From contig CALSSJ010000005.1 of NCBI GenBank assembly GCA_943788985.1, positions 144,066 to 208,065 of the forward strand: a stretch of DNA of 64,000 nt. The letters are read 5' to 3'. Positions 9,729 to 19,206 of this stretch are shown here, piece by piece. The position numbers and the translations under genes were made by a program. The stretch is from an uncultured Lentisphaerales bacterium (GTDB lineage: Bacteria > Verrucomicrobiota > Lentisphaeria > JABSQK01 > UBA12247). The notes under the pieces are model-generated. The model was given only the letters and a program-made list of their open reading frames with translations, was not told where the DNA came from and made no database searches. Position 1 is the stretch's first letter. Each line of letters starts with the position of its first letter.

Positions 9729-10478
9729 CTACTCTTCCTTTCGCGTGGAAGGCTCCAGTTTTTTATGCTCGCCATGCCAGAAGTCATAGCCTCCGGTGCC
9801 TTTTCCGCCCATGTAGTTGGGCCAGCTCTGGCGCGTCTCGACGGCTCCGTTCACGAACAGGAAAAGCGCTTGGTCGCCGATATGTCGAGCGTAGGGCAAG
9901 CCAAGTGCTGGTTGCGTGCCGAGCGCATCGGCAAACGTAGCACCGGTCATGCTGAAGCCAGAGACCGTGGTGTCATACGCGAAATCATGGAAAAAATTTC
10001 CGCCAGCAGCGTCTGCCAACAGGACCGTGGCGGAAGGGTCGAGCAGACCTTGGTATTGCATTTGGTAGAACTGATCGTACTTCCCCTGCCATTCATTGGT
10101 CAGTTTGCTGGAAATGTGCTGATTGATGCCATAGGTGCTTCCCCGCCAAAAGGCCTCCGCTTCCTGGCTAGAGTCATGGGATACAAGGTTCTGTGAAGGG
10201 CAGGCGAAGGCGCCTGCCGGGGCCACTCTTTGATCCACTGTCAGGCCATCCATGGCCGCAACCGCATTGACCCAGCCATCTTCCCACGGGGGCAAGCCCT
10301 CGTAGGTTCTCGAATACAGGTTTAAACCCTTATGGAGCTGTCGAAGATTATCCTGACACGCGGCAATCTGACCGTGCGCAGTCACTTTGATGATCGTCGG
10401 GAGAAACAGGGAGCCGATTGACAGTAGCACCGTGACCACGATCACCAGCTCAATAAGGTTAAACCTGCGTCTGCTCAT
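9729..10478 (-). CDS. Prepilin-type N-terminal / H-X9-DG (DUF1559-like) protein
   Basis: RRRFNLIELVIVV, ACQDNLRQL, FACPS, YGIN and a C-terminal RH...FVNGAV variant of the H-X9-DG motif. Confidence 0.8.
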   Translation of the reverse strand: MSRRRFNLIELVIVVTVLLSIGSLFLPTIIKVTAHGQIAACQDNLRQLHKGLNLYSRTYEGLPPWEDGWVNAVAAMDGLTVDQRVAPAGAFACPSQNLVSHDSSQEAEAFWRGSTYGINQHISSKLTNEWQGKYDQFYQMQYQGLLDPSATVLLADAAGGNFFHDFAYDTTVSGFSMTGATFADALGTQPALGLPYARHIGDQALFLFVNGAVETRQSWPNYMGGKGTGGYDFWHGEHKKLEPSTRKEE

Positions 10479-10930
10479 TCAGCATTTTCCGGAAGATAGT
10501 CCGCCCAGGAATTTGGCGTCTCGAAAAGTCGAAGCCGCGCGATCTTCAAGGACCGCGGAATGACCCCATTGAGCTGCTCATAGCACCAACAGGCGATATT
10601 CTCTGCGGTGGGAATGAAGGGCACCACAACGACCCGAAACTCTTCATCGCACGATTCGTAGAAGGCTCGCATCGTGGTATCCGACTCGGCCAGCATGAAC
10701 CCGTGGTCCAGCACATCGTGAATGTGCTTGGTGAGCGCAGTTTTCAGGTCGCCGAAGTCATGCACCATGCCTTCTGAACTATCCCCCTGCGTGGCAATCA
10801 CAGCCCCGCGCACGGTCAGCTCAAGCCGGTAGCGATGGCCATGAGGATTTCGACACTTACTCTTGTGATTGGGCACACGGTGTCCCATGTCCCACTCGAT
10901 AATTCTGGTGATTTGTGTAGTTCCGTTCAT
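10475..10930 (-). CDS. queD: 6-carboxytetrahydropterin synthase (QueD/PTPS family)
   Basis: GHRV...CRNPHGHRY, DFGDLK, LDH, PTAEN, ETP. ATG at 10930. Confidence 0.9.
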   Translation of the reverse strand: MNGTTQITRIIEWDMGHRVPNHKSKCRNPHGHRYRLELTVRGAVIATQGDSSEGMVHDFGDLKTALTKHIHDVLDHGFMLAESDTTMRAFYESCDEEFRVVVVPFIPTAENIACWCYEQLNGVIPRSLKIARLRLFETPNSWADYLPENAE

Positions 10931-11029
10931 CAGTCCCGCACATTGCGTTTGAAGAATGTCGTACCCTACGCGGCAAGCCGCCGTTCGCAAGACCGGACCA
11001 TCAACCTGTCGATCCTGAATGTCGCCAAG

Positions 11030-11360
11030 CTAAAGCACGTAAGCTTGTGGCCGGAGCTGGTTGGGACTCATCCACGTCCTCTGGCCGTTGCGCATCAGAT
11101 CACGCACACCGCCGATGTGCAGGCCAATCACCTCCACATCCGGCTTCTCGTCTCGCTGAAGCAGAAACTCACCGCCAGGTCCGACCACATAGCTGCCACC
11201 ATTGTGTCGGCTGGTATCGTTTACCAACTCGATAAACATCTGGTTCCCCGCGGCACGACATTGTTTGAATCGCTCGCTATGAGCTCAGATTACATCACAC
11301 TCAAGGTCTTGGGTTTCCCCAGCCATCGGGCAGACCACAAGTTCCGCCCCGAACTGCTTT
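11030..11360 (-). pseudogene. C-terminal remnant of a carbon-nitrogen hydrolase (nitrilase family)
   Basis: In-frame GAELVVCP...*...RAAGNQMFIELVN...GGSYVVGPGG...RPQAY. One internal TGA; the N-terminal half is missing. Confidence 0.6.
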
Positions 11361-11653
11361 ACTCCCCTTGTTTGAGCGTTCGACCGATTGTTTCCCCCAG
11401 TCCGAGGGAGCGGTGCGCTCCTTGGTCGCTAAAGTTGTGACCTTCCAACGTTAGACGTACACCCTTGCAGAGGGACTGTTTCGCTTCGCGGGGCTGCCTG
11501 TGGCGGTCTCTCGTTCCGAGCGCCGCCATTAAAAACTGAATGGCTCGAAACGAGGCTGCGGTGTGGCTCATAGTGGTTCACTCGGTGCATTGTGTTGAGT
11601 CTGTCCCTGCTCGGGTGCGTGCCGCTTCGCCTGCTTAGCTGGCTTGCGGACAT

Positions 11654-11669
11654 TGGCATTCGACCTGCT
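11654..11669 (+). promoter_or_regulatory. Putative sigma54 (-24/-12) promoter
   Basis: TGGCATTCGACCTGCT has exact GG-N10-GC spacing and ends about 47 nt before the ATG at 11716. Confidence 0.5.
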
Positions 11670-11715
11670 TGGTACTGGTGCACAGTTTTTTAGAACCAAC
11701 CGGAGAGGCCCAGAG

Positions 11716-11856
11716 ATGGACAAGCCAAGCAACCAGAAACCGCAACTGATCAGGCTCGAAGACCTGCTACCCAAGGCAAATGTCAAGGGCAGCGGATCTG
11801 GCGGCGTGATTTTCGGGGCTGAGCGCAAGCAGCGCGATCAGTCCACCAACAAGTAA
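11716..11856 (+). CDS. 46-aa peptide MDKPSNQKPQLIRLEDLLPKANVKGSGSGGVIFGAERKQRDQSTNK, unknown function
   Basis: GGAGAGG Shine-Dalgarno-like sequence upstream; ends 16 nt before the giant pilin-like gene. Confidence 0.6.
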   Translation: MDKPSNQKPQLIRLEDLLPKANVKGSGSGGVIFGAERKQRDQSTNK

Positions 11857-11872
11857 CCCCAAGAGAGAGACC

Positions 11873-14800
11873 ATGAACTCCTTAAAACGAAATTACTTTA
11901 GCATGACCGAAATCGTGCTGGCGCTAATCGTCGTTGTCGCAGGCATCGTCGTGATCATGGGCCTGATGCCCGTGGGCATGAAGGCGCACAGCGAGGCAAT
12001 GGCACAATCAAATGCGGCAGATTCCGCTGAACAGTTCCTCCACTATGTGCGCAGTGAAGTGCGGGCAGACTGGGCCTTCATCAATGCGTTCCCCGACAGC
12101 AAGCCAGGTCCGAATGACGGACCACTGCTTGACGGCGGAGTTGGCGTAGCCGCAGCGTCTGCCGCGGATATGATTTGGAGCAGTGACGACCTGCTGCCTG
12201 GTGCAGCTGCTAAGATCAGCTTCAGCGCCATGAACCTAGACGATGACTGGGATCCTGAATTTCACACCTCAGGCGTATTCCGTGTGCAGCAAATGACGGG
12301 CGAGAAGGTGGACTTCAGTGCCGGAATGCTGGCTTGGAAGACAGGCGCTGCCTACAATGACGACGCCGATGAGGCGATGAGCTTCTTCATCAATGTCGAG
12401 GTGAGTTGGCCCATTACGGTCGATTATGCAGCACGCGATCAGGCGATGTTCATGATCGAAGTGTTCAAGCCGCAACGCACGGACATGGCCCAGTTTACTG
12501 GTGGAAAGATCTGTACCATGATTGATCTGGCTGCGGGGACCTCAATCGAGGGCCAGGGCGTGATCGACGAAGCGTTGATTGTGACTGCCTCGACCGCAAC
12601 CGGTGTAGCCCTCCTGCAGGGTCAGGAACCGTTCCTGTTTACCGCGCCCAACAGCGGCAACAGCACCGAAACAGGCTGTGGGAATGCCGCCACCTTCGGC
12701 GATGCCTCCGAATCAGAGGCAAACCGAGCCAATGACTTTACCTTTTCCTTTGCCAATAGCGGTACGGTCAGTCTCTTTTCCATGCGTATGCTTGACTACG
12801 GTGACTACAACCCCGCAGGTGCGACCTCGCACGGTGTTAGTCTCGTGGCCTACGACGCGTCTGGGACAATCGTGGACAAATCCACGCTGAGCTACACATC
12901 CTCTGCTGACTTGCTGCCGGGTGACGGCGGTGGCGCCCCAGGCGATCTGCAGATCGCGGGGGATGCCTGTAGCGCTGCTCCCGGTGATCCAGGAAACTAC
13001 ACCTTTGTCGTCGCTGGTGCTGGCATTGCCAGCGCTTCGCTGGAGTTCAGCCACAATGGTGACGCCAGCTACCAGGTCTCCGATCCAGCGATCGCCTTTG
13101 CCGATATCTGCTTTACGCTGGAATCCACGAGCGAGGACGATCCGGACGATCCGGACGATCCTGATGTCGACGACACCTACGTCGTTGGCTTTGTTGAGGC
13201 CAGATCGGCCGGAGGCGAGGGTGTTGGCAGTGCTTCCTTCGCACTTGAAGTCCGCAGCCTTAGAAATGGAAATGGTGGCGTAGCTGCAGCAGCAGCCCCT
13301 GGCTCTGACATCAGCGTTGACTATGTTGTGACTGGTACCGCAACTGCGGGCCTTGACTACACCCTGGCAGCAGGAACTGTGGCTGTACCTTTGCTCGGCT
13401 CAGCAATTACCGCCCTGATCATCGACGACACGCTCGTTGAGGAGAGTGAGACGATTGTCGTGACCTTGACCAACCCGGCCAATGCAGATCTTGGCGAAAT
13501 CCCCACGCACACCCACACCATCTTGGATGACGACTCCGATGATCCCGAAGCCGAGCTTCCAACGGTGTCCTTCCTGGTGTCTGCATCTGCCAATGCCGAA
13601 TCCGTGACCAACCCGATCTTGACCGTGGTGCTTTCCGCAGCCTCGACCGACGCCGTCACCGTGGGCTACAGCCATACAGGTGGTACCGCAACCGCGGGGG
13701 GCGACTTCACCATGGCTAGCAGCGGGGTCTCTGCCGCATCCGTGGGCGCGATCAGCTTTGCTCCTGGCGAGACCACGATGTTCATACCGCTCACGATCAT
13801 CGATGACCTTGATATTGAAGAAGATGAGACCATCCAGATCACCCTGGTGTCACCGGTTAATGCCACCTTGGGGACTACTCCGGTGCACACCTACGGCGTC
13901 TTGGATAACGATAATTGTACCGACGTACTTGGTGGTGGTGATCTGAACATCAACCCAGCCAACAGCGATGGGAACATTTTCAGCTATACAACCGACAGCG
14001 GTAACACCGACATGATCGACATGAAGGACTACTTCCATGCAAATGGAAACACCAACATGAGCTACAGTGGTCCTGCCTCACAGGTGCAGGTCATGGTAAA
14101 AGCAACCGGACGGACCATGACCATCAATGGCGAAAGTGTTACGCTTGACACCAACAAGCGCTACACGTTCTCTGGAGACATGACCATAAACTTGCGTAAT
14201 ACCAAGCCCAGTCCCAGAAGCTGGGGGGCAGCGCATGGGCATTGGTGGATTTCGCTCACCGGCGCAGATATCTGCTACACGTCGGCTGATGCTCCAGCAC
14301 CGGCGTATCCTGATATCAGCTTCACTGCGGCAGCTGCCAACGGTGCCGAATCTGCCGGCTCGGCGAACATTCAAGTTGAACTGAGCAGTGTGCAGGGAAA
14401 AGCTGTTCAGGTGGACTATACGGTGACAGGCACAGCGACCGGAAGCGGCGTAGACTACAGCTTACAGAGTGGAACCCTGTTTCTGCCTGCGGGTACTCTG
14501 ACTGCCTCGCTGTCTCTGCCAATCGTGAATGATGCAGCCGAGGAATCTGCCGAAACAGTCGTGCTTACGCTGTCCAATCCAGTGGAAACGTTCCTAGGGA
14601 CAAACGCAGTGCTCACCTTCACCATCGAAGATGACGACGGTGTGGCACCACCTATACCGCCTACAGTGCCCATTGGATCAACTGTGGCTGGTGAAGTGAA
14701 CCTGAACTATGGGAGCAACGCTGCGGTGGCGTTCACCATGGTGACTCCCACAGGGACCATCACCCAGTCTACGTTGAAGTCTGGTGGTGGAGGCTACAGC

Positions 14801-15028
14801 TACAATGGTTCCGCTTCCTCCGTTACCTTCCGGCCACGGAGTGCAGATCGGACATTGACGATTGATGGCGCTGCCACCAATCTCAGTACCAGTACGACCT
14901 ACACCATCACTGGCGACCTGACGGTGAACCTGCACAACACCGACGGGTCCAGTAAGTGGAAAACCAACAGGTCGCGTTGGTATATCGACCTCAGCGGCAC
15001 CGGGCTCTCGATTATGCCCACGCCCTGA
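11873..15028 (+). CDS. Giant pilin-like protein with three Calx-beta domains and a duplicated beta-rich domain
   Basis: N-terminal FSMTEIVLALIVVVAGIVVIMGLMP. Calx-beta motifs GTATAGLDY..IIDDTLVEESETIVVTL, GTATAGGDF..IIDDLDIEEDET and GTATGSGVDY..IVNDAAEESAET. Confidence 0.85.
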   Translation: MNSLKRNYFSMTEIVLALIVVVAGIVVIMGLMPVGMKAHSEAMAQSNAADSAEQFLHYVRSEVRADWAFINAFPDSKPGPNDGPLLDGGVGVAAASAADMIWSSDDLLPGAAAKISFSAMNLDDDWDPEFHTSGVFRVQQMTGEKVDFSAGMLAWKTGAAYNDDADEAMSFFINVEVSWPITVDYAARDQAMFMIEVFKPQRTDMAQFTGGKICTMIDLAAGTSIEGQGVIDEALIVTASTATGVALLQGQEPFLFTAPNSGNSTETGCGNAATFGDASESEANRANDFTFSFANSGTVSLFSMRMLDYGDYNPAGATSHGVSLVAYDASGTIVDKSTLSYTSSADLLPGDGGGAPGDLQIAGDACSAAPGDPGNYTFVVAGAGIASASLEFSHNGDASYQVSDPAIAFADICFTLESTSEDDPDDPDDPDVDDTYVVGFVEARSAGGEGVGSASFALEVRSLRNGNGGVAAAAAPGSDISVDYVVTGTATAGLDYTLAAGTVAVPLLGSAITALIIDDTLVEESETIVVTLTNPANADLGEIPTHTHTILDDDSDDPEAELPTVSFLVSASANAESVTNPILTVVLSAASTDAVTVGYSHTGGTATAGGDFTMASSGVSAASVGAISFAPGETTMFIPLTIIDDLDIEEDETIQITLVSPVNATLGTTPVHTYGVLDNDNCTDVLGGGDLNINPANSDGNIFSYTTDSGNTDMIDMKDYFHANGNTNMSYSGPASQVQVMVKATGRTMTINGESVTLDTNKRYTFSGDMTINLRNTKPSPRSWGAAHGHWWISLTGADICYTSADAPAPAYPDISFTAAAANGAESAGSANIQVELSSVQGKAVQVDYTVTGTATGSGVDYSLQSGTLFLPAGTLTASLSLPIVNDAAEESAETVVLTLSNPVETFLGTNAVLTFTIEDDDGVAPPIPPTVPIGSTVAGEVNLNYGSNAAVAFTMVTPTGTITQSTLKSGGGGYSYNGSASSVTFRPRSADRTLTIDGAATNLSTSTTYTITGDLTVNLHNTDGSSKWKTNRSRWYIDLSGTGLSIMPTP

Positions 15029-15041
15029 CCCGCCCTGAACC

Positions 15042-15071
15042 GGCTGACCGGGGGAATCTTCCCGGTCAGCC
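15042..15071. other. GC-rich hairpin between the pilin-like gene and the next ORF
   Basis: ggctgaccggg-ggaatctt-cccggtcagcc, 11 bp perfect stem, no U-tail on the + strand. Confidence 0.7.
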
Positions 15072-15095
15072 AAACTTTAACCAAGGAGAAAAGAC

Positions 15096-15377
15096 ATGAA
15101 TAAGTTCATCCTGATAGCACTGCTCACCATCAGCCCCCTGCTGGCTGCCGAGTTGATACTGGTTGGCACAGTTAGCAACGACGGTGGCTACGTGATCAGC
15201 ATTGAGGACACAGACGTTTCGATCAGCGCAGATGTGGCTTCGGCTGCCAATCTCGCAGATTGGGTGGGACAATCGGTCTCAGCCACCACCGAAAGTTCGG
15301 TGGCAGTGGCCGATGGCGCCAGAGTCATTACCGTGACGGCCATCACCGCCATCGAGAAGAGTGTAGAGGAGGAGTAA
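15096..15377 (+). CDS. Small secreted acidic protein (possible OB-fold-like)
   Basis: AAGGAG RBS, signal peptide MNKFILIALLTISPLLA, followed by a terminator. Confidence 0.7.
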   Translation: MNKFILIALLTISPLLAAELILVGTVSNDGGYVISIEDTDVSISADVASAANLADWVGQSVSATTESSVAVADGARVITVTAITAIEKSVEEE

Positions 15378-15393
15378 CTCTGCCTCTCTCGCC

Positions 15394-15426
15394 AAGGCCG
15401 ACCGGGTTCTCCCGGTCGGCCTTTTT
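15394..15426 (+). terminator. Rho-independent terminator
   Basis: aaggccgaccggg-ttct-cccggtcggcctt followed by a T run. Confidence 0.85.
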
Positions 15427-15519
15427 GTGTTTATCCCACGAAATTCGAGTAGACAAGTTGCAGACCGGCGGATAATTGCCAGACTGTAGCGTACCCAAGC
15501 TGCACCGAGCACCGCACCG

Positions 15520-16506
15520 ATGACGCATCCCCATTTTCCCCACGCCCCCCTCGTTCTCCTCCTGGCCCTGCTAACTTTTGCCGCGACGGCTAACTCAGGA
15601 TTCACCATTCATTCTGCCAAGATAGCCGGGCGCACCTACGTCTACGTCGCTGACGTGGCCCGCTACTACGGCTTTCAAGCTGGCATGCGCGGCGAGACCG
15701 CAGTCCTGCGCAACGACCAGCGCACCATCGAATTTACCAACAACAGTCGCAAAGCCTATTTCGACGGCGTGCTCGTCACCCTGATGTTCGCGCCGCGCAT
15801 GCACAAGGGAACCTTGACGCTGAGTCATCAGGACTTTCGGTACTTCGTCGACCCCGTGCTGCGCCCCTGGGGCATTGGCAAGAAGCCAGTGCGCCGCATC
15901 GTCCTGGATGTCGGCCATGGCGGTCAGGACGACGGTGCCAAAGGCACCAAGTTGCTCGAGAAGAACATTAACTTGATGCTTGCTCGCCGGGTGAAATCCA
16001 TGCTCGAGCAGTACCGCTACGAAGTTCTGCTTACCCGTAAAGATGACAGCTTCCCCTCGCTCGACGCGCGCACCAAAATGGCCAAGGCTAAGGGCGCTGA
16101 TCTCTTCATTTCCATTCACAACAACAGCGCGACCGTGAAAACCGTGAACGGGATCGAGACCTTTCTGGTAACGCCGCAATACGGCGCTTCCATTCACAAG
16201 AACGACGTTGAGAAGACCAAAGTCGCCGGTAACGCTAACGACGCCTACAACGGCCTTCTTGCTTACAGCATTCACCGCCGGCTCATCAGCTACACCAAAG
16301 CCAACGACCGTGGCGTGAAGTACCGGCGCTTCAAAGTCCTACGGGATGCCCATTGCCCCGCCGTCCTGCTCGAAACCGGCTTCCTGAGTAACCGCAAAGA
16401 AGAGGCACTGCTGGCGAACGAGGGGTATCAGAACAAGCTGGCCCGGGCCATCACCCACGGCATTGTCGAGTTTCACCGCGGCATTACCGTTGGGCCCGGC
16501 GAGTGA
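15520..16506 (+). CDS. N-acetylmuramoyl-L-alanine amidase (Amidase_3)
   Basis: Signal peptide; VLDVGHGG, EK, FISIHNN, GIETF, VLLETGFLSN. Confidence 0.93.
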   Translation: MTHPHFPHAPLVLLLALLTFAATANSGFTIHSAKIAGRTYVYVADVARYYGFQAGMRGETAVLRNDQRTIEFTNNSRKAYFDGVLVTLMFAPRMHKGTLTLSHQDFRYFVDPVLRPWGIGKKPVRRIVLDVGHGGQDDGAKGTKLLEKNINLMLARRVKSMLEQYRYEVLLTRKDDSFPSLDARTKMAKAKGADLFISIHNNSATVKTVNGIETFLVTPQYGASIHKNDVEKTKVAGNANDAYNGLLAYSIHRRLISYTKANDRGVKYRRFKVLRDAHCPAVLLETGFLSNRKEEALLANEGYQNKLARAITHGIVEFHRGITVGPGE

Positions 16507-16512
16507 TGGTTT

Positions 16513-16615
16513 GAATATCCGATCGCCAACAGTGAATGTCCAATGGCCAAGTCCTGAGCGGGCTCGGCTGTCTTTATTGGGTAATTGGAAATTCCATGTT
16601 CGCTGTTGGACATTC
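16513..16615. repeat. ~105 bp palindromic element, copy 2
   Basis: gaatatccgatcgccaacagtgaatgtccaatggccaa ... ttgggtaattggaaattccatgttcgctgttggacattc, between the convergent amidase and murC genes. Confidence 0.75.
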
Positions 16616-16619
16616 TCTC

Positions 16620-17882
16620 TTATTCCGCTAATGCCTCCACCAGCGGCGCAGTCAGCTGATTGATGTCGCCTGCCCCCAGACTCAAAATCACATCGCCCGG
16701 ATTTGCGAACTCCGCAATTTCTGCGGCCAGAGCCCGCCAATGTTTGGTCGCTAGGCAAGCCTGTGGGCCGATTCCGGCCACCAGCGCCTCGACGCCGCCG
16801 AGATGCGTGTCATCCATCCAGGCGGCGAAGGTCGGCAGCACATAAACTCGATCTGCTGCCGCTAACAGCGTTGCGAACTCCGCACCATAGCGTCGCACCC
16901 GCTCCCACCGGTGCGGCTCGAAGACCACAATCAAGCGCCCGCTGTAATCGCCCATGGCTTCTAGGGCCGCTTTTACCTCGACCGGGTGATGCGCGTAATC
17001 CTCGATGAAAGTCACGGCTCCCTGAAAACGCAGACACAAGCGCCGGTCTACACCTGGAAAGGTTTGCAGCGCCGAGTCGATCGCTGAGTCCGCAAAACCC
17101 AGCTGGGTGAGTGCGGACTTCGCAAGAACGGCGTTGTAGCGATTATGACGACCCGGAATCGCGACCTCAGTTTCTGCGGACTCCGCAATCAGAATCGGAT
17201 TGCGATGCGTCTGTGCGATCTCCGCAAGCTCTGGGCAATCGGGCAGCACGAGCGAGTTGCTTCTGGTTGCGAACTCCGCAAACGCCGCGCGGAGTTTATC
17301 GACTGTGCCTACGCTCCAGCAGTGGTCATCGTCCATATTGCCGATGATGCCTACGGTGCAGGTCATGTGCGTGAGCGTCGCATCACTCTCGTCCACCTCG
17401 CAGATCAATAGCGAGCCGTCTCCGGCCGCAGCGCTGGGATGATTCGGCACGCTGCCGCCGATGAGGTAGCCAGGAGAGGCTGGCGACACCGCCTGCGCAA
17501 CGTGGGCCAGCATGGCGGTGATGGTGGTCTTGCCGTGTGAGCCGGCGACGGCAATCACGCGATCATAGCGTCCTGCGATCTGCGCCAGAAACTCGCCACG
17601 GCGGATAGACGGAATGCCCGCGGCTGCGGCGGCCAGGCGCTCAGGATTGTCTTCTGGTACAGCGGAAGAGTAGATGACTAAGTCGCTGTGCAGGGGCAGG
17701 GCCCCGGCCCGGTGACCGATGGTGAGTTGGGCTCCGAGGCCAGCCAGTTCTTTTGCGGCAGTGCTGGGCACGAGATCACTGCCGCTTACCGAAACGCCAG
17801 CCTCGAGTGCGATGCGGCCAAGGCCGGACATGCCAACGCCACCGAGCCCGATGAAGTGAAGATTGCGCCAGGGAAGCTGCAT
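16620..17882 (-). CDS. murC: UDP-N-acetylmuramate--L-alanine ligase
   Basis: HFIGLGGVGMSG, VSGSD, YSSAV, AGSHGKTT, EVDESD, DYAHHP, GAGDI. Confidence 0.93.
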   Translation of the reverse strand: MQLPWRNLHFIGLGGVGMSGLGRIALEAGVSVSGSDLVPSTAAKELAGLGAQLTIGHRAGALPLHSDLVIYSSAVPEDNPERLAAAAAGIPSIRRGEFLAQIAGRYDRVIAVAGSHGKTTITAMLAHVAQAVSPASPGYLIGGSVPNHPSAAAGDGSLLICEVDESDATLTHMTCTVGIIGNMDDDHCWSVGTVDKLRAAFAEFATRSNSLVLPDCPELAEIAQTHRNPILIAESAETEVAIPGRHNRYNAVLAKSALTQLGFADSAIDSALQTFPGVDRRLCLRFQGAVTFIEDYAHHPVEVKAALEAMGDYSGRLIVVFEPHRWERVRRYGAEFATLLAAADRVYVLPTFAAWMDDTHLGGVEALVAGIGPQACLATKHWRALAAEIAEFANPGDVILSLGAGDINQLTAPLVEALAE

Positions 17883-19189
17883 CAGTCGCGGCTGTGTGTA
17901 TTGGGGGCAGCTATCGTGTGCTCAGTTCCCTGCAGTTTGTACTGGAGGAGAACGCGATCCTGGATGCGAAACTTCTCCTCCTCTGAGATGCCAAGTTCGG
18001 TAGCCATCGCTGTCAGGCTGGTTGCGTCACTGTCTGACATATCTCCATCCGAAAGGAGGCGCAGGGCCTCGGCTTCGAAGGTGGCCACCTGCACAAGGGA
18101 TGGTACGTCCAGCTCCTTGCGAATCGCCTCTTCGATGACGCGTGCGCGTCCTGGCTCGATGCGCAAACGCTCGGCGCGGCGGATCAGGTCTCGACGTTCG
18201 CCTGGGGAGATAATGTTGTCCAGCAGGGCGAAGCGCAGAATGTCGGAAAACATATCTTCTCGTTCCTCCTCGGCAGTGGTCTCGGCGTAGACGCGCGCAG
18301 AGACCCGAGGCTGCAATTGAGCTAGCACCCGCAGGACGGCTGCGGCCGATCGCGGCCGATCCTCGGGGCGCCGCTGCGTCAGCCGATCCACCAGCTGCAG
18401 ATAGGGAAGCGGCAAGCGGCCGCTTGCTGCCATGGTGGACCGCCATGGTGCAACTTCGAGCGAATCGTACGCCTCGCTTAGGGATGAGACCCCGCCGATG
18501 TCGTAAGGGCGCTCGCCGACTACCAGCTCAAACATGAGGATGCCGGCCGCGTAAAGGTCTGCGCGTTGGTCTACGGGCTGGCCGCTGATCATCTGCTCCG
18601 GGGCCATGTAGTTGGGGGTCCCCGCCGGAATGGACTCAGCGGCGAGAGTTTCTACCGCGATGCCAAAGTCGCTGAGCTGCAGGTGACCGTTGGCATCGAA
18701 CAGGACATTGGCCGGTTTTACATCGCGATGCACGACCCGTGCGCGATGGGCGCTGGCCAGTGCGCCGAAGATCTGCTGTGACCATTCAAGGATCCGGTCG
18801 CCCGCAATCGGGCCGGCACCCATTCGATCCTGTAGGCTGCCTCCGGGAAGGTAGGCCATGATTACGGCGCACTGGTCGTCAGCCTCAACCACGTCGAAGA
18901 CGGTCGCAAGATTGGGGTGGTCCAGCTGTGCCGCAACTCTGGCTTCGAGCAGGAGATCCTCGAAGCCTTGCCCGGACATAGGCTTGAGACACTTGATCGC
19001 GACAGCTCGTCCCAAGCGCAGGTCACGTGCCTGGTAGACGATGCCAAAGGCCCCTGAACCTAGGATGCGTTGGATCTCATAGCGGGCCCCGACTAACTCG
19101 CGTACGGCTGGAAAGGGGCCGGTCTGTTCGGCACCCGAGCCCTGCGTGCGATCCTTGGCTAGCTTCCTTCTGCGCGCACGCCTGAACAT
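17882..19189 (-). CDS. Hanks-type Ser/Thr protein kinase with C-terminal TerB-like helical repeats
   Basis: GSGAFG, VAIK, HRDVKPAN, DFG, GTPNYMAPE. Two C-terminal repeats: LLDNIISPGERRDL..LRI and LSDGDMSDSDATSL..LGI. Confidence 0.92.
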   Translation of the reverse strand: MFRRARRRKLAKDRTQGSGAEQTGPFPAVRELVGARYEIQRILGSGAFGIVYQARDLRLGRAVAIKCLKPMSGQGFEDLLLEARVAAQLDHPNLATVFDVVEADDQCAVIMAYLPGGSLQDRMGAGPIAGDRILEWSQQIFGALASAHRARVVHRDVKPANVLFDANGHLQLSDFGIAVETLAAESIPAGTPNYMAPEQMISGQPVDQRADLYAAGILMFELVVGERPYDIGGVSSLSEAYDSLEVAPWRSTMAASGRLPLPYLQLVDRLTQRRPEDRPRSAAAVLRVLAQLQPRVSARVYAETTAEEEREDMFSDILRFALLDNIISPGERRDLIRRAERLRIEPGRARVIEEAIRKELDVPSLVQVATFEAEALRLLSDGDMSDSDATSLTAMATELGISEEEKFRIQDRVLLQYKLQGTEHTIAAPNTHSRD

Positions 19190-19206
19190 TGCGGTCTTCC
19201 TTGCGC

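Noticed and set aside
10930..11030. preQ1 riboswitch upstream of queD
   Set aside because: I see no matching stem-loop plus A-rich tail.
11460..11640. Possible structured RNA upstream of the sigma54 motif
   Set aside because: Only one GC hairpin (tggcgg..ccgcca) and no recognisable family; could be chance or an activator binding site.
13134..13165. 9 bp tandem repeat (gacgatccg)
   Set aside because: Encodes a simple DDP linker; ordinary low complexity.
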